From: a virus
Lineage: Duplodnaviria; Caudoviricetes
IMG/VR virus record: IMGVR_UViG_3300050336_000030
Reading direction: 5' to 3' (one strand)
DNA length: 64,000 nt
This document shows, piece by piece, positions 12,201 through 21,233 of this stretch. Position 1 is the stretch's first letter. Each line of letters begins with the position of its first letter. The position numbers and the translations under genes were made by a program. Under the pieces are notes generated by a model that had not been told where the DNA came from, did no database searches, and saw only the letters and a list, made by a program, of their open reading frames with translations.

Positions 12201-12571
12201 TTGAAAAAGATATTCTAGGAATAATAACAACGAAAGATTCATCTATCAGTAAGAGAATATATTACGTATCAGAATTAGAAGTTTTGAAATCTATTGTTAA
12301 TGTAAAACTATATGAAATATATAGCGGTATAACAAGAGAAGTTAAAATGTGGACTAATGCATATAACAGAAAACCATTCAATGAAAAAGATGTTTTACAT
12401 ATATCAGTATTAGAAAAGAAAAATAAAAAAGAGCCGACGGGAGAAATTGATGATAAGACTGGAAAGAAAATATACATGGATGTTCCAGATAAATTTGAAT
12501 TTTGGCTCTCAAAGTATTTCATAAAACAAAATATAGAGGAGAATAATAATGAAACATTATTATACAGATAA
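9260..12571 (+). CDS. dnaE: DNA polymerase III alpha (DnaE-type, PHP domain)
   Basis: HCH PHP motif, SRGSAAS, PDIDL, HACG, YAFNSPHAYS. Confidence 0.93.
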   Translation: MYETLIKMIIPKLKFKFPYSFDDYCNNLYFEDYHCHKAFSNVYTADSGELVSAYVDRIKELNAKCLFSGEHGSQGNQFEIYTIAEKEKLKYRHSTEAYWVKNRHEKDKTNCHMVIVAKNKQGREDINYVLSMANIDGYYYRPRIDLNLLFDIPKDNVIVTSACIAGWGYKDADDIWIKIHNYFGNNFFFELQANNTPKQIELNKYILELSEKYNIQIIAGLDSHYISDSGNIKREQILKYKKVSYPEEEGWYMDYPDVHTLIHRFKEQGVLNEEQILTSIMNTNVFVEECEEIVLDKSFKIPNIYKGKSYDERVKIYHKILNENYAKESLKSKAKADGIRYEANEVTESGVVDYFLDNYKLVDLAVNKYGGILTTTSRGSAASFVTNRLLGFTTVDRFNSDIPIYPERFLTKERVMAGQMPDIDLNVATQEPFEKAGKELFGENGCYPLMAVGVLKEKSAWALYAGANGVSSQDSLKISKYLDEYNKALKYAEEDEKEFIQAEDFIPDEYIELYNKSKEYQSITINLTKHACGYILLDGDIRREIGLISAISETTGERTLVACVEGKYLDDFGYVKDDFLIVDSVHLTYKLFKSIGMDVPSFEELKTMIANDKKTWEIYEKGITCCVNQCEQPKTIYKVMKYKPKSLAELSAFIAAIRPGFASSLKTFLGRESYSTGEKLIDELLKDTSHFMLYQESIMKVLSFLDMKMNDTYGVIKAISKKKYKDHPEKLAELKEGLLEAWKTKISNINNFETVWKIIEDSAFYAFNSPHAYSMGGDSAYQAWFKANYTMIFYEVAINHYQEKEKKNKIDALIKECIKFYGLKLGGYKFGKDNRKVTIDNEEMTIYPNLSSVKNFGEKVVTELYEIGKRKYDNFIEILKVISETSINSSRVEDLIKIGYFSEFGDVNKLLTIKKYYELIYNAKVLKKDKIKENSLNESIIAKYGHETASQYNQLDNVKILNELIYNIEYKPLSIKEKLDIEKDILGIITTKDSSISKRIYYVSELEVLKSIVNVKLYEIYSGITREVKMWTNAYNRKPFNEKDVLHISVLEKKNKKEPTGEIDDKTGKKIYMDVPDKFEFWLSKYFIKQNIEENNNETLLYR

Positions 12572-13079
12572 AAAATATAAAGATCTTATTTCACATATGG
12601 TTATACTACATGATTCACGTGAACAAACCTCAAATCACATACTAGAATATTTTGACAAACATAATATTAAACATGAAAAAAGAGCATTAAAAACAGGGGA
12701 TTATTCATTTAAAATTGAGGCGTGTCCCGAATTGGGATACCTTATTGATACATATTTTACAGACGAATTGTGCATAGAACGTAAAAATGGAATTAACGAG
12801 ATTGCTGGCAATATATCCGAAAAAGATGATAGGTTTTTAAAAGAAATAAATCGCATGATTAATATTCAAGATTGCTATATACTTATTGAAGATGACCGAA
12901 TAGATGGTATAATAGAACATAATTATGATACAAAACTAAATGAACTATCGTTGTTGCGAACATTATTAACTATCCAGAAGAGAAGTAATTTTTATCCTAA
13001 CTTTGTTAAAAAAGAAAACATGGGAAAAATGATTTATGAAATATGCTTAAGTTCATTAAACAGTAAAATATTAAAATAA
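12549..13079 (+). CDS. ERCC4-domain nuclease
   Basis: DSREQ, LKTGDY, IERK motifs. Confidence 0.85.
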   Translation: MKHYYTDKKYKDLISHMVILHDSREQTSNHILEYFDKHNIKHEKRALKTGDYSFKIEACPELGYLIDTYFTDELCIERKNGINEIAGNISEKDDRFLKEINRMINIQDCYILIEDDRIDGIIEHNYDTKLNELSLLRTLLTIQKRSNFYPNFVKKENMGKMIYEICLSSLNSKILK

Positions 13080-13082
13080 GTG

Positions 13083-13207
13083 ATAGTTTTATGAAACGAT
13101 AGTTGACATCATGAAAAATCTGTGCTATTATTAAATCATACCAAAGAAAAGGGGTTGAAATTAATAATATCACAGATTTTTAGCACATTGTGATAGTTAT
13201 ATGAAAC
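13083..13207 (+). promoter_or_regulatory. sigma-A promoter with flanking 15-bp boxes and a 21-bp inverted repeat
   Basis: TTGACA 13103-13108, TGn-TATTAT 13126-13131; boxes at 13083 and 13193; IR 13114-13134/13161-13181. Confidence 0.8.
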
Positions 13208-13259
13208 TTAATAAAAGTTAAATTCTATCTGCATATTAGTAATAAAAAAGGAGAAGATT

Positions 13260-14279
13260 ATGGATTTTAAGAAATTATTAGATACAAAAGAATATGAATT
13301 TTTGAAAACAGATGAGCATTTAGGAAATAAAATTATCTTATTGGGATTAGGGGGATCACACGCTTATGGAACCAATATTGAAGGTAGTGATGTAGATATT
13401 CGTGGCATAGCTTTAAACAGCAAATCAGATTTAATCGGAATGAGTAATTTTGAACAGAGAGTAAATGAAGCAACCGATACTACTATTTATGCCTTTAATA
13501 AGATTATTGAATTATTACTTAATACTAATCCAAATACAATTGAGATGTTAGGACTTAAACCGGAGCAATACTTATATATCTCACCAATTGGTCAGGAATT
13601 ACTTGACAATAAAAAGCTGTTCTTATCAAAAAGATGTATTTATTCATTTGGAGGATATGCAAATCAGCAGCTTAGAAGATTGCAAAATGCTATCGCTAGA
13701 GATACATTAACACAGACTGAAAGAGAAACACATATTTTAAACACTATAAAAAATATGATGTTTGATATTAAATCAAGATATGAACAGTTTGAAAACGGTT
13801 CAATTAAATTGTATACGGATAAGGCAATTCAAGAAGATATGGATACAGAAATATTTATGGATATCAATTTAACTCACTATCCATTAAGAGATTATAAGAG
13901 TATCTGGTCTGAGATGAATAATGTAGTAAGAGATTATAGTAAAATTGGTAAGCGTAATAATAAGAAAGATGATTTACACCTGAATAAACACTGTATGCAT
14001 TTGATCAGATTATATATGATGTGTTTAGATATTCTTGAAAAAGAAGAAATTAATACTTATAGAGATAAAGAACATGATTTACTTATGAATATTCGCAATG
14101 GTGAATATATGCATGAAAACGGAACTATGAGACAAGAGTTTTGGGATTTATTAAATGAATATGAAAAAAGATTTGAGTACGCAAAAGAAAACACAAATCT
14201 TCCTGCTAATCCAGATTACAAGAAAGTGGAAGAATTTGTGATTAGCGTAAATGAGAGGGTGGTAAGAGGTGAATATTAG
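13260..14279 (+). CDS. Pol-beta superfamily nucleotidyltransferase (RlaP/YcgL-like)
   Basis: GGSHAYGT..SDVDIRG motif, NPN..E motif, C-terminal K..MHLIRL. Confidence 0.85.
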   Translation: MDFKKLLDTKEYEFLKTDEHLGNKIILLGLGGSHAYGTNIEGSDVDIRGIALNSKSDLIGMSNFEQRVNEATDTTIYAFNKIIELLLNTNPNTIEMLGLKPEQYLYISPIGQELLDNKKLFLSKRCIYSFGGYANQQLRRLQNAIARDTLTQTERETHILNTIKNMMFDIKSRYEQFENGSIKLYTDKAIQEDMDTEIFMDINLTHYPLRDYKSIWSEMNNVVRDYSKIGKRNNKKDDLHLNKHCMHLIRLYMMCLDILEKEEINTYRDKEHDLLMNIRNGEYMHENGTMRQEFWDLLNEYEKRFEYAKENTNLPANPDYKKVEEFVISVNERVVRGEY

Positions 14280-15612
14280 ATTTAATTTACCTATAGAGGT
14301 AGAAGAGATATTACGACTACTTAATAAAAACGGATATGAAGCGTATATCGTAGGAGGTTGTGTAAGAGATAAAATATTAGGCAGAACTCCTCATGACTAT
14401 GATATCTGCACATCTGCCAAACCAGAAGAGGTTATTAATGTGTTTGAGTATTTTAAAGTAATTGAAACTGGATTAAAACATGGGACAGTAACAGTAATGA
14501 TTAATAATGAGCCATTTGAAATCACTACATACAGGATTGATGGTAAATATTCAGATAATCGTAGACCAGATAGTGTAGATTTTACATTGAATTTAGAAGA
14601 TGATTTATCACGTAGAGATTTTACGATTAATGCAATGGCTTATAGTAAAGAAAAAGGATTGATTGATCCGTTTCATGGAATGTACGATATTCAAAACAAA
14701 GTAATTAGGTGTGTAGGTACTCCTGAATATAGATTCCAAGAAGATGCATTGAGAATATTAAGAGCAATGAGATTTTCAATTCAGTTAGGATTTAAAATTG
14801 CAAGATCAACATTTGAAGCAATGATTGATAACAAGAATCTAATATCTAATGTTTCTTATGAAAGAATTAATGCGGAGTTAATGAAAATGCTTGAATTCCG
14901 TAAGCCAATATTAGAACATTTCAATGGTTGCAGAGATATTATAGCTGAATTTATTCCTGAATTTGTTCAGTGTTTCGATTTTAAGCAGAATAATCCATAT
15001 CACTTATATGATGTTTATAATCATATTTTACACGCCGTAGATAACTATATTGGCGATGATATGAAAATAAAACTGTCATTGTTGTTACATGATATAGGTA
15101 AACCGGATTGCTATTCAGAAGATGAAAACGGTGGACATTTTATAGGACATGGAATTGTAAGTTCCGATAAAGCAAAAGAAATATTAATAAGATTGAAGTT
15201 TGATAACGATACTATAAAATCTGTTACAGAATTAGTGTTATATCATGACTCTACTATCGAACCAACAAATAAAACAATTAAGAGATGGTTGAATAAAATT
15301 GGTGAAGAACAATTTAGAAGACTAATAGAAATTAAAATGGCAGACATGACAGCACATTCAAATACTGGTTTAGACGTTAGATTAGAAAAACATAAACAAT
15401 TATGTGAAATACTAGAAAGCGTTTTATTAGAAGAACAATGTTTTTCCATGAAGGATTTAAAAGTAAATGGAAAAGATTTATTGAATATAGGATACAAAGA
15501 AGGAAGACAATTGGGTGCTGCGTTACAAGGATTGCTAGATTGTGTGATTGCAAATGAAGTAGAAAACGACAAAGAAAAATTGTTGATATTGGCGAAAGGA
15601 TGGATTAAATAA
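14269..15612 (+). CDS. cca: CCA-adding tRNA nucleotidyltransferase with HD domain
   Basis: VGGCVRD, DYD, RRDFTINAMA, EDALRILRA, ERI; HD domain LLHDIGK. Confidence 0.9.
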   Translation: MNIRFNLPIEVEEILRLLNKNGYEAYIVGGCVRDKILGRTPHDYDICTSAKPEEVINVFEYFKVIETGLKHGTVTVMINNEPFEITTYRIDGKYSDNRRPDSVDFTLNLEDDLSRRDFTINAMAYSKEKGLIDPFHGMYDIQNKVIRCVGTPEYRFQEDALRILRAMRFSIQLGFKIARSTFEAMIDNKNLISNVSYERINAELMKMLEFRKPILEHFNGCRDIIAEFIPEFVQCFDFKQNNPYHLYDVYNHILHAVDNYIGDDMKIKLSLLLHDIGKPDCYSEDENGGHFIGHGIVSSDKAKEILIRLKFDNDTIKSVTELVLYHDSTIEPTNKTIKRWLNKIGEEQFRRLIEIKMADMTAHSNTGLDVRLEKHKQLCEILESVLLEEQCFSMKDLKVNGKDLLNIGYKEGRQLGAALQGLLDCVIANEVENDKEKLLILAKGWIK

Positions 15613-16502
15613 TGAAGTGTTTCTATCATGGAGATAAAGACGGAGAATGTGCTGGATTTTGGGTTTATTTAAGTGCTGGTTTATATGATGGATATGAAAC
15701 TGATAGTAAGTTTATAAGAATAAATTATGGTATGGATTTTCCGTTTGATGATATTAGAGAGAATGAACAGGTTTATATCGTTGATTATTCAATTTCTCCA
15801 GACGAAATGAGAAAGCTGCTTGCAATAACAAAAGATGTAACTTGGATAGATCATCATAAGACAGCAATAGCAAAGTATAAAGATTTTGAATATGATTTGC
15901 GTGGAGTTAGATATGATGGTGTAGCCGGATGTATGCTCACATACTGTTATTTACACCACATGACAGAAAGAGGTCAAGGAGAAATTAAACCTTTTGATTT
16001 ATCAATGACGAAAGATGCACCAATGTTTACAAAATTACTGGCAGATTATGATGTTTGGACTTTTGAATACGGTGATGATACAAGATATTTTCAAACTGGT
16101 GTAAATTCTTATGATTTTGAACCTGAAAATAAAAGATGGTACGATTTGTTAGACGATGGATCGGAACAGACATACATCGAAGAAGGTAAAATCATGATTA
16201 AATTCAGAGATAATTGGGCAAAAGATTATTGCGAATGTAAAGGATTTCAAACAGAATTTGAAGGACATAAATGTTATGCTATGAATTTGGGTTTGTGTAG
16301 TAGCGAATATTTTAAATCTATTGATGATGGTACTTACGAAATATTAATTGCTTTTTCTTATAACGGTAAAAGTTGGTCGGTAAGTTTATATTCAAAAACG
16401 GTTGATGTATCTGATATTGCTAAAAAGTATGGCGGTGGAGGACATAGAGGAGCTGCCGGATTTAATAGTGATGAGTTATTATTTCAAAAAGACGGTCAAT
16501 AA
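15612..16502 (+). CDS. DHH/DHHA1 phosphoesterase (nanoRNase-like)
   Basis: DKDG, WIDHH, GGGGHRGAAG. Confidence 0.85.
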   Translation: MKCFYHGDKDGECAGFWVYLSAGLYDGYETDSKFIRINYGMDFPFDDIRENEQVYIVDYSISPDEMRKLLAITKDVTWIDHHKTAIAKYKDFEYDLRGVRYDGVAGCMLTYCYLHHMTERGQGEIKPFDLSMTKDAPMFTKLLADYDVWTFEYGDDTRYFQTGVNSYDFEPENKRWYDLLDDGSEQTYIEEGKIMIKFRDNWAKDYCECKGFQTEFEGHKCYAMNLGLCSSEYFKSIDDGTYEILIAFSYNGKSWSVSLYSKTVDVSDIAKKYGGGGHRGAAGFNSDELLFQKDGQ

Positions 16503-16504
16503 GT

Positions 16505-16550
16505 ATACAACATATAGTAATTGATATTATAAAGATACTATATATTGATT
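16505..16550. promoter_or_regulatory. tandem NrdR-box-like pair
   Basis: ATACAACATATAGTAA at 16505 and ATACTATATATTGATT at 16535 match acaCwAtATaTwGtg. Confidence 0.55.
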
Positions 16551-16598
16551 GAAAATGCACATAAAACACTGTTTTTATGCGGTTAGAAAGGAGATAAA

Positions 16599-17192
16599 AT
16601 GACTGATAAAGAAAGAATGGAAGAGATTAAATCAGATTGGTTTTCAAAACACAAAGCTACTTATCAAAAGTTAAGTGATGAAACATCGGTACTTACATGG
16701 AAAGAAGACGGGACATCGATGTATCATGTTAGATACGTATTCGACAGAAATAGATTATTTATAACAGGAGATATAGGAGATGCGGTATTTGTACTTACTG
16801 AGAAAGCTAACTTCAAAACCATAGCTTCTGAATATAGTATGCATTATTTATTTGGAAAACTTAGAGCAGATAATGAAGCATATGACTTTGATAGTGAGAA
16901 AGCTATTGAAACACTTAAAGATCATTTTAAAGATTATGAATTTGATAATGACGAAGACAAAAAAGAGTTTAATGAAATGGCAGAAGAAATTTATTCGTGC
17001 ATACGAGAGGAATGTAACACAGAAAATCAATGGGCTACTGCTCTAAATTGTGATTATTACGATAAATTAACTGAATACGACGTGGATTGTTGGGAGTGGA
17101 TTTATGCTATTGGCAAAGAGTTAAGCTGGCAAGCATTAGGTTGGGTAGTTGGATTGCAGATGGCTTATAAACAGTTAAAAGATTCACTATAG
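16599..17192 (+). CDS. hypothetical phage protein
   Basis: 197-aa ORF with RBS. Confidence 0.8.
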   Translation: MTDKERMEEIKSDWFSKHKATYQKLSDETSVLTWKEDGTSMYHVRYVFDRNRLFITGDIGDAVFVLTEKANFKTIASEYSMHYLFGKLRADNEAYDFDSEKAIETLKDHFKDYEFDNDEDKKEFNEMAEEIYSCIREECNTENQWATALNCDYYDKLTEYDVDCWEWIYAIGKELSWQALGWVVGLQMAYKQLKDSL

Positions 17193-17218
17193 AAAGATTT
17201 AAGAAAGAAGGTAATAAT

Positions 17219-17473
17219 ATTTTTACTACATATAATGATGAGTATGTTTTTATAAAAAATGAAGATATTGAAAAATGTACATTTAAAGATAGTAGAGTAT
17301 TAGCAACAAAGGTAACTGTTGGATGTAAAGCAATTTGTGATAAAACTATCTTAGATGAATTACTTATTAACGATTTGATTAAAGATAATTTCTCTCTAAA
17401 CATAGCAAAAGAAGATAATTATTATTCGGTTTATTTTGGAGAGAAAAAGGATTATGATGTGAAATGGTTTTAA
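17219..17473 (+). CDS. 84-aa ORF with probable ATT start
   Basis: open frame filling the gap, SD GAAGGT, no early ATG/GTG/TTG. Confidence 0.5.
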   Translation: MFTTYNDEYVFIKNEDIEKCTFKDSRVLATKVTVGCKAICDKTILDELLINDLIKDNFSLNIAKEDNYYSVYFGEKKDYDVKWF

Positions 17474-17521
17474 AAATGTAAATGGAAAGAATATTTGGAG
17501 TGGTTTTAGAAAGGAGTATAG

Positions 17522-19565
17522 ATGAATGAAACGGGATTATTGGATTGCTATGGTAATATGATACACGTTGGCGACATCTTGCTGAATCCAATGATGTGTG
17601 ACTTATGGAAAGTGGAAGAAGATGAACATGGTGAGTTTACTGCAAATCTAATTCCTAATAGTGGTTATGTTGGTCATCCTGAGAGTGCTAAATATCCATT
17701 GTGTGTCGAGGATTTAGATATGATAAACAACGTATTTGAAATTTATAAAGAAGATAAATAACGTATTATATTATGAGATCTAGGGGGATTGATGCAATGA
17801 AAGAACAAAAATTATATGTATGTGATTATTGTGGAACACAATATAAAGATAAAGATGAATGTAAAAAATGTGAGCAAGGGCACAATACACCAAAAGAAAT
17901 AACTGGTGCGAATTATATATCTTTAAAAAGTAACGGAAGTGGGTATCCTACACAAATTCACATTAAAATGAGCAACGGAGAAACAATCACATATAAGAGA
18001 TAAATTGTTAACAGAATCGGTCTTTTATATAGAAAGGAAAATATGAGAGTAGAACAAAAACCAAATTATGAGTTAATCATTAAAACTAATAAATATACTG
18101 GAAACTTTGAGAGAGAATTAATTAGTTATTCTCTAGGTACTCTGGATAATGTACAAATGGAACTAGGAGATTTCCATGGAGATTATGAAATGGATCTTTT
18201 TTGGGAAGAGGAATTTAACACCACCAGAAAAGATTACTATGATGACTATGAATTAAAAGATGAATATCTTTTTGAAACGTACCAAGATGTAGATGATTGG
18301 GAGCAAATGACTTTTTATCATATAGTTGATGGGAATTCTTTGGCGGTGCAACTTATTAAACCCTTAAATGAATATTGGGAAGAAATAGTGGTTAGAAGAA
18401 TTAAAAAGTTCTTTGATGTTCATCCGTGTAAATATACTTGGACACTTCCAGAAGACGGAATTTTGATAGAATTATATTTAATTGATAAAAATGGAAATGT
18501 AATTAAAAAATATATTTAGCAAACCAAATTGTGAATTCATTTTGAAAGGAGGCAGAAAATGAAAAAATACGAATGTGTTAATGATTTAAATGTAGACTCG
18601 GATAAAGATGGTTTAACTTATGTATGCGGAGCGAAATACACAAGTGATAGTTGCATAATCAGAAAAGAGGGATATTGTGATTTCGGTTATTTTGATAAAA
18701 ATACAAACACAATACGTTGTAGTAGTATAGATTATTTGAAAAAAGTATAAAATCAATCATTTATATTGAAAAGAGGATATATGTTTAAAGCAAAGTTTAA
18801 ATCAGGAGTATCAGAATCAGTATTATATTTTTATGATTGGATGGTCGAAATTGAAATATATGATACAAAGATAATTGACAATAGTACATTTTTCTTAGTA
18901 AAGCCTTTATATGTTATTAAAAATAAAAAGTGGATATGGTTAAACAGTAATTTATTTATTTGATAGGCTGCATTTAGTGCTTAGTGAACTCTAGGTATTA
19001 GGCGTAGATTGAAGATAAATATAACATAAAGAAAAGGAGTCTATAATGAAATTTCTAAATTTATGGAATAGGATAGGAAAACAACCAATAAAAGATACAA
19101 AGAAATTAGATGTGGTGGTAGAAACAGAAGATGGAAGATATATAGTCACAAAAATCAATTACTTAAATGGCAAATTGTATAGCTTACAGGCAGAACGAAT
19201 TACATGTAATAACTGTAAAAATTCACCTCAAAATAACAATGGATATTGTCCTCCACATACCTGTGATATATGCACATCGTTGGATGAGGAAGAGGAGTTT
19301 GGAATGTGGAACTTTAAACAAAATAAATAAAACAGTTGATTTATAAAGAAAGGAGATAATTATGGGATTAGATATAGTTAGTATTTTTAATCCACCCAAA
19401 GTAAAAGGGTTTGATTACGAAAACATTGAAAGGGATATTATGCAGTGGAAAACTGATATTGAAGAAATGTTAAAAGTTAATAAATACGACATGAATAATT
19501 TATGTGTCAACGAGGTATTAGGAACTGTGATTTGTTTAATGCAAGATAATACAATATATGAATAA
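17522..19565 (+). other. array of small hypothetical ORFs (17522-17761, 17773-18003, 18043-18519, 18559-18750, 18766-18963, 19046-19330, 19362-19565)
   Basis: co-oriented ORFs, most with a clear SD; several Cys-rich. Confidence 0.7.
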
Positions 19566-19604
19566 TAAAAGGTCTTATGATTACTTTGAAAGTGAGGAAG
19601 TTAT

Positions 19605-19766
19605 ATGGGAAAGAAAGATATGTCTAAAACCTGCGGATTTAAGGATGCTGAAATGGATTATATGGCAGGAAAAGAAATTACATATGAAGAAACAGAAAAA
19701 TGGTACGACGAAAATTGCAGACAGTGTATATGGGCTAGTGATATTTGTATGTTTGGAGAAGAATAA
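19605..19766 (+). CDS. 53-aa hypothetical protein
   Basis: manual translation MGKKDMSKTCGF..., SD GAGGAAG; preferred over ORF-track 19558-19770. Confidence 0.6.
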   Translation: MGKKDMSKTCGFKDAEMDYMAGKEITYEETEKWYDENCRQCIWASDICMFGEE

Positions 19767-19908
19767 ATGAAAAAATGTAAATATTCAAATAGTAAATGTA
19801 CGGATTGTAAATTATGTGAACCAGAAATCGAATTAAATGAAGAACAAATGATAGTTATATTAAACATTATTGAAAGTGAAGAAAATAAAAAAAGAAAGGA
19901 TAACATAG

Positions 19909-20123
19909 ATGAACCATAAAAGCTTTATTGATAAGAAGAAAGAAACAGAAGAAATAATCGTATGTCTTATTGTAATGGGTTGGGATATGAGGTTGAAGAA
20001 AAGAGAATTAACTGGAATGAAACTGACTACATAAGAAAACAATGTTATTTATGTAAAGGAAAAAGAGTAGTTAATAAAAAGATAACTACTGAATATCTAG
20101 AAGTTACGGATATAGATAATTAA
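19909..20123 (+). pseudogene. frameshifted DnaJ-type Zn-finger small protein
   Basis: one extra base near 19965 joins ...EIIVC to YCNGLG...CYLCKGKR... Confidence 0.55.
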
Positions 20124-20253
20124 CCAAATTCTGAATATTTTAATAGAATGCAAAATTGATAAATAAAAGAATATATGAAACAATAAAAAGCGGTTGCAAA
20201 CGCTTAAAAAATGGAATGCGCATTCCTCTTATATGAAGATAGGAGGAAAAAAA

Positions 20254-20651
20254 TTGAGTAGTACAAATAGAAGCAATGCAAGAGAAGAACATGTGGCTGA
20301 TTATTATGTTACGCCGATAGAAGATATTGAATTATTTTTAAAAGAGTTTCAAAAGGTAGAGTGTATAGATTGGGTAAATAATACAATACTTGATCCGTGT
20401 GCCGGAGGAAATGAAGAGATACCAGAATATGAAACATATCATCCCATGAGTTATCCAACTGCAATACAAAATATTGTTTTGTATACCACAAGAGAATTGG
20501 ATTTACTGATAAGAAAGATAAAGATACAGGAAAATTGATTCTTGATAAAGATGGTAAGCCAAAGAAAGGTTCAACTGACAGCATTGAATACTGTCACATG
20601 ATTTGGAAGAAAGGGGTATATCCTGAGTTTACTCAGTTAAAAGTAATATAA
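20254..20651 (+). pseudogene. DNA methyltransferase remnant (internal deletion plus frameshift)
   Basis: DYYVTP and ILDPCAGG in one frame, CFVYHKRIGFT...DSIEYCHMIW in another; NPPF region absent. Confidence 0.65.
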
Positions 20652-20679
20652 AATATCAATTTTGTTCACATTTTAGGAT

Positions 20680-20922
20680 GTGAAAACAATTAATAAAGAA
20701 CTAATAAAACAACTAAAAGATGAATGCAGCAAGCTTTATCCAAACGGTTGTCCAATACAACCTAGAGGATGCGGAAAGACATATTTGTATTTAAGTCATT
20801 TTCTAAGATATTCTGCCTACCAGTTATACTGTCAAGTGTATGAATGTTGTAATTATGAAATTACTTTAGAATCAGCTCATAAAGACATAGATGAATTTGT
20901 ATTGGCACAAATGCCAATATAG
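20680..20922 (+). CDS. hypothetical protein
   Basis: 80-aa ORF with an isolated PRGCGKT motif. Confidence 0.55.
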   Translation: MKTINKELIKQLKDECSKLYPNGCPIQPRGCGKTYLYLSHFLRYSAYQLYCQVYECCNYEITLESAHKDIDEFVLAQMPI

Positions 20923-20933
20923 GGGGTGGTAAT

Positions 20934-21194
20934 ATTACACGTAAAATTGAATGTCCTGTATGCGGAAATGAAGTTGAAGAAACCATTTATTCAAGTGAAT
21001 GGGGAACAGAGGAAGAATATTATCATTGCAGTAATTGTGACTATGGTTATGAATTTGCTTATGGAAACTATTTAGAATACATAAATGGAAAAGAATTTGG
21101 CTATACATATAGGACTAAAGAAGAAGATTTAGTTGATATGAATAAAGAGTACGACGATATGAGAAATAAATATAACAATAATATAACACAATAA
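20934..21194 (+). CDS. 86-aa Zn-ribbon protein with probable ATT start
   Basis: CPVC...CSNC; SD GGGGGTGG. Confidence 0.55.
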   Translation: MTRKIECPVCGNEVEETIYSSEWGTEEEYYHCSNCDYGYEFAYGNYLEYINGKEFGYTYRTKEEDLVDMNKEYDDMRNKYNNNITQ

Positions 21195-21233
21195 AAATAT
21201 CATTTGCTTTATATTTTATAAGAAAGGAGTATT

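Noticed and set aside
16561-16578. Boundary palindromes as host dif sites
   Set aside because: Arms do not match the XerC/XerD consensus (no TTATGTnAA arm); only the 6-bp spacer geometry is shared.
19558-19770. ORF-track 70-aa ORF
   Set aside because: The overlapping frame 19605-19766 has a proper SD and fits the gene spacing better.
20035-20052. Boundary-palindrome-like GAAAAC-AATGTT-ATTTAT
   Set aside because: Lies inside the frameshifted Zn-finger gene, so it is probably a chance match; it shows the background rate of this AT-rich motif.
20680-20922. Terminase/ATPase call from PRGCGKT
   Set aside because: Only 80 aa, with no Walker B or other domain.
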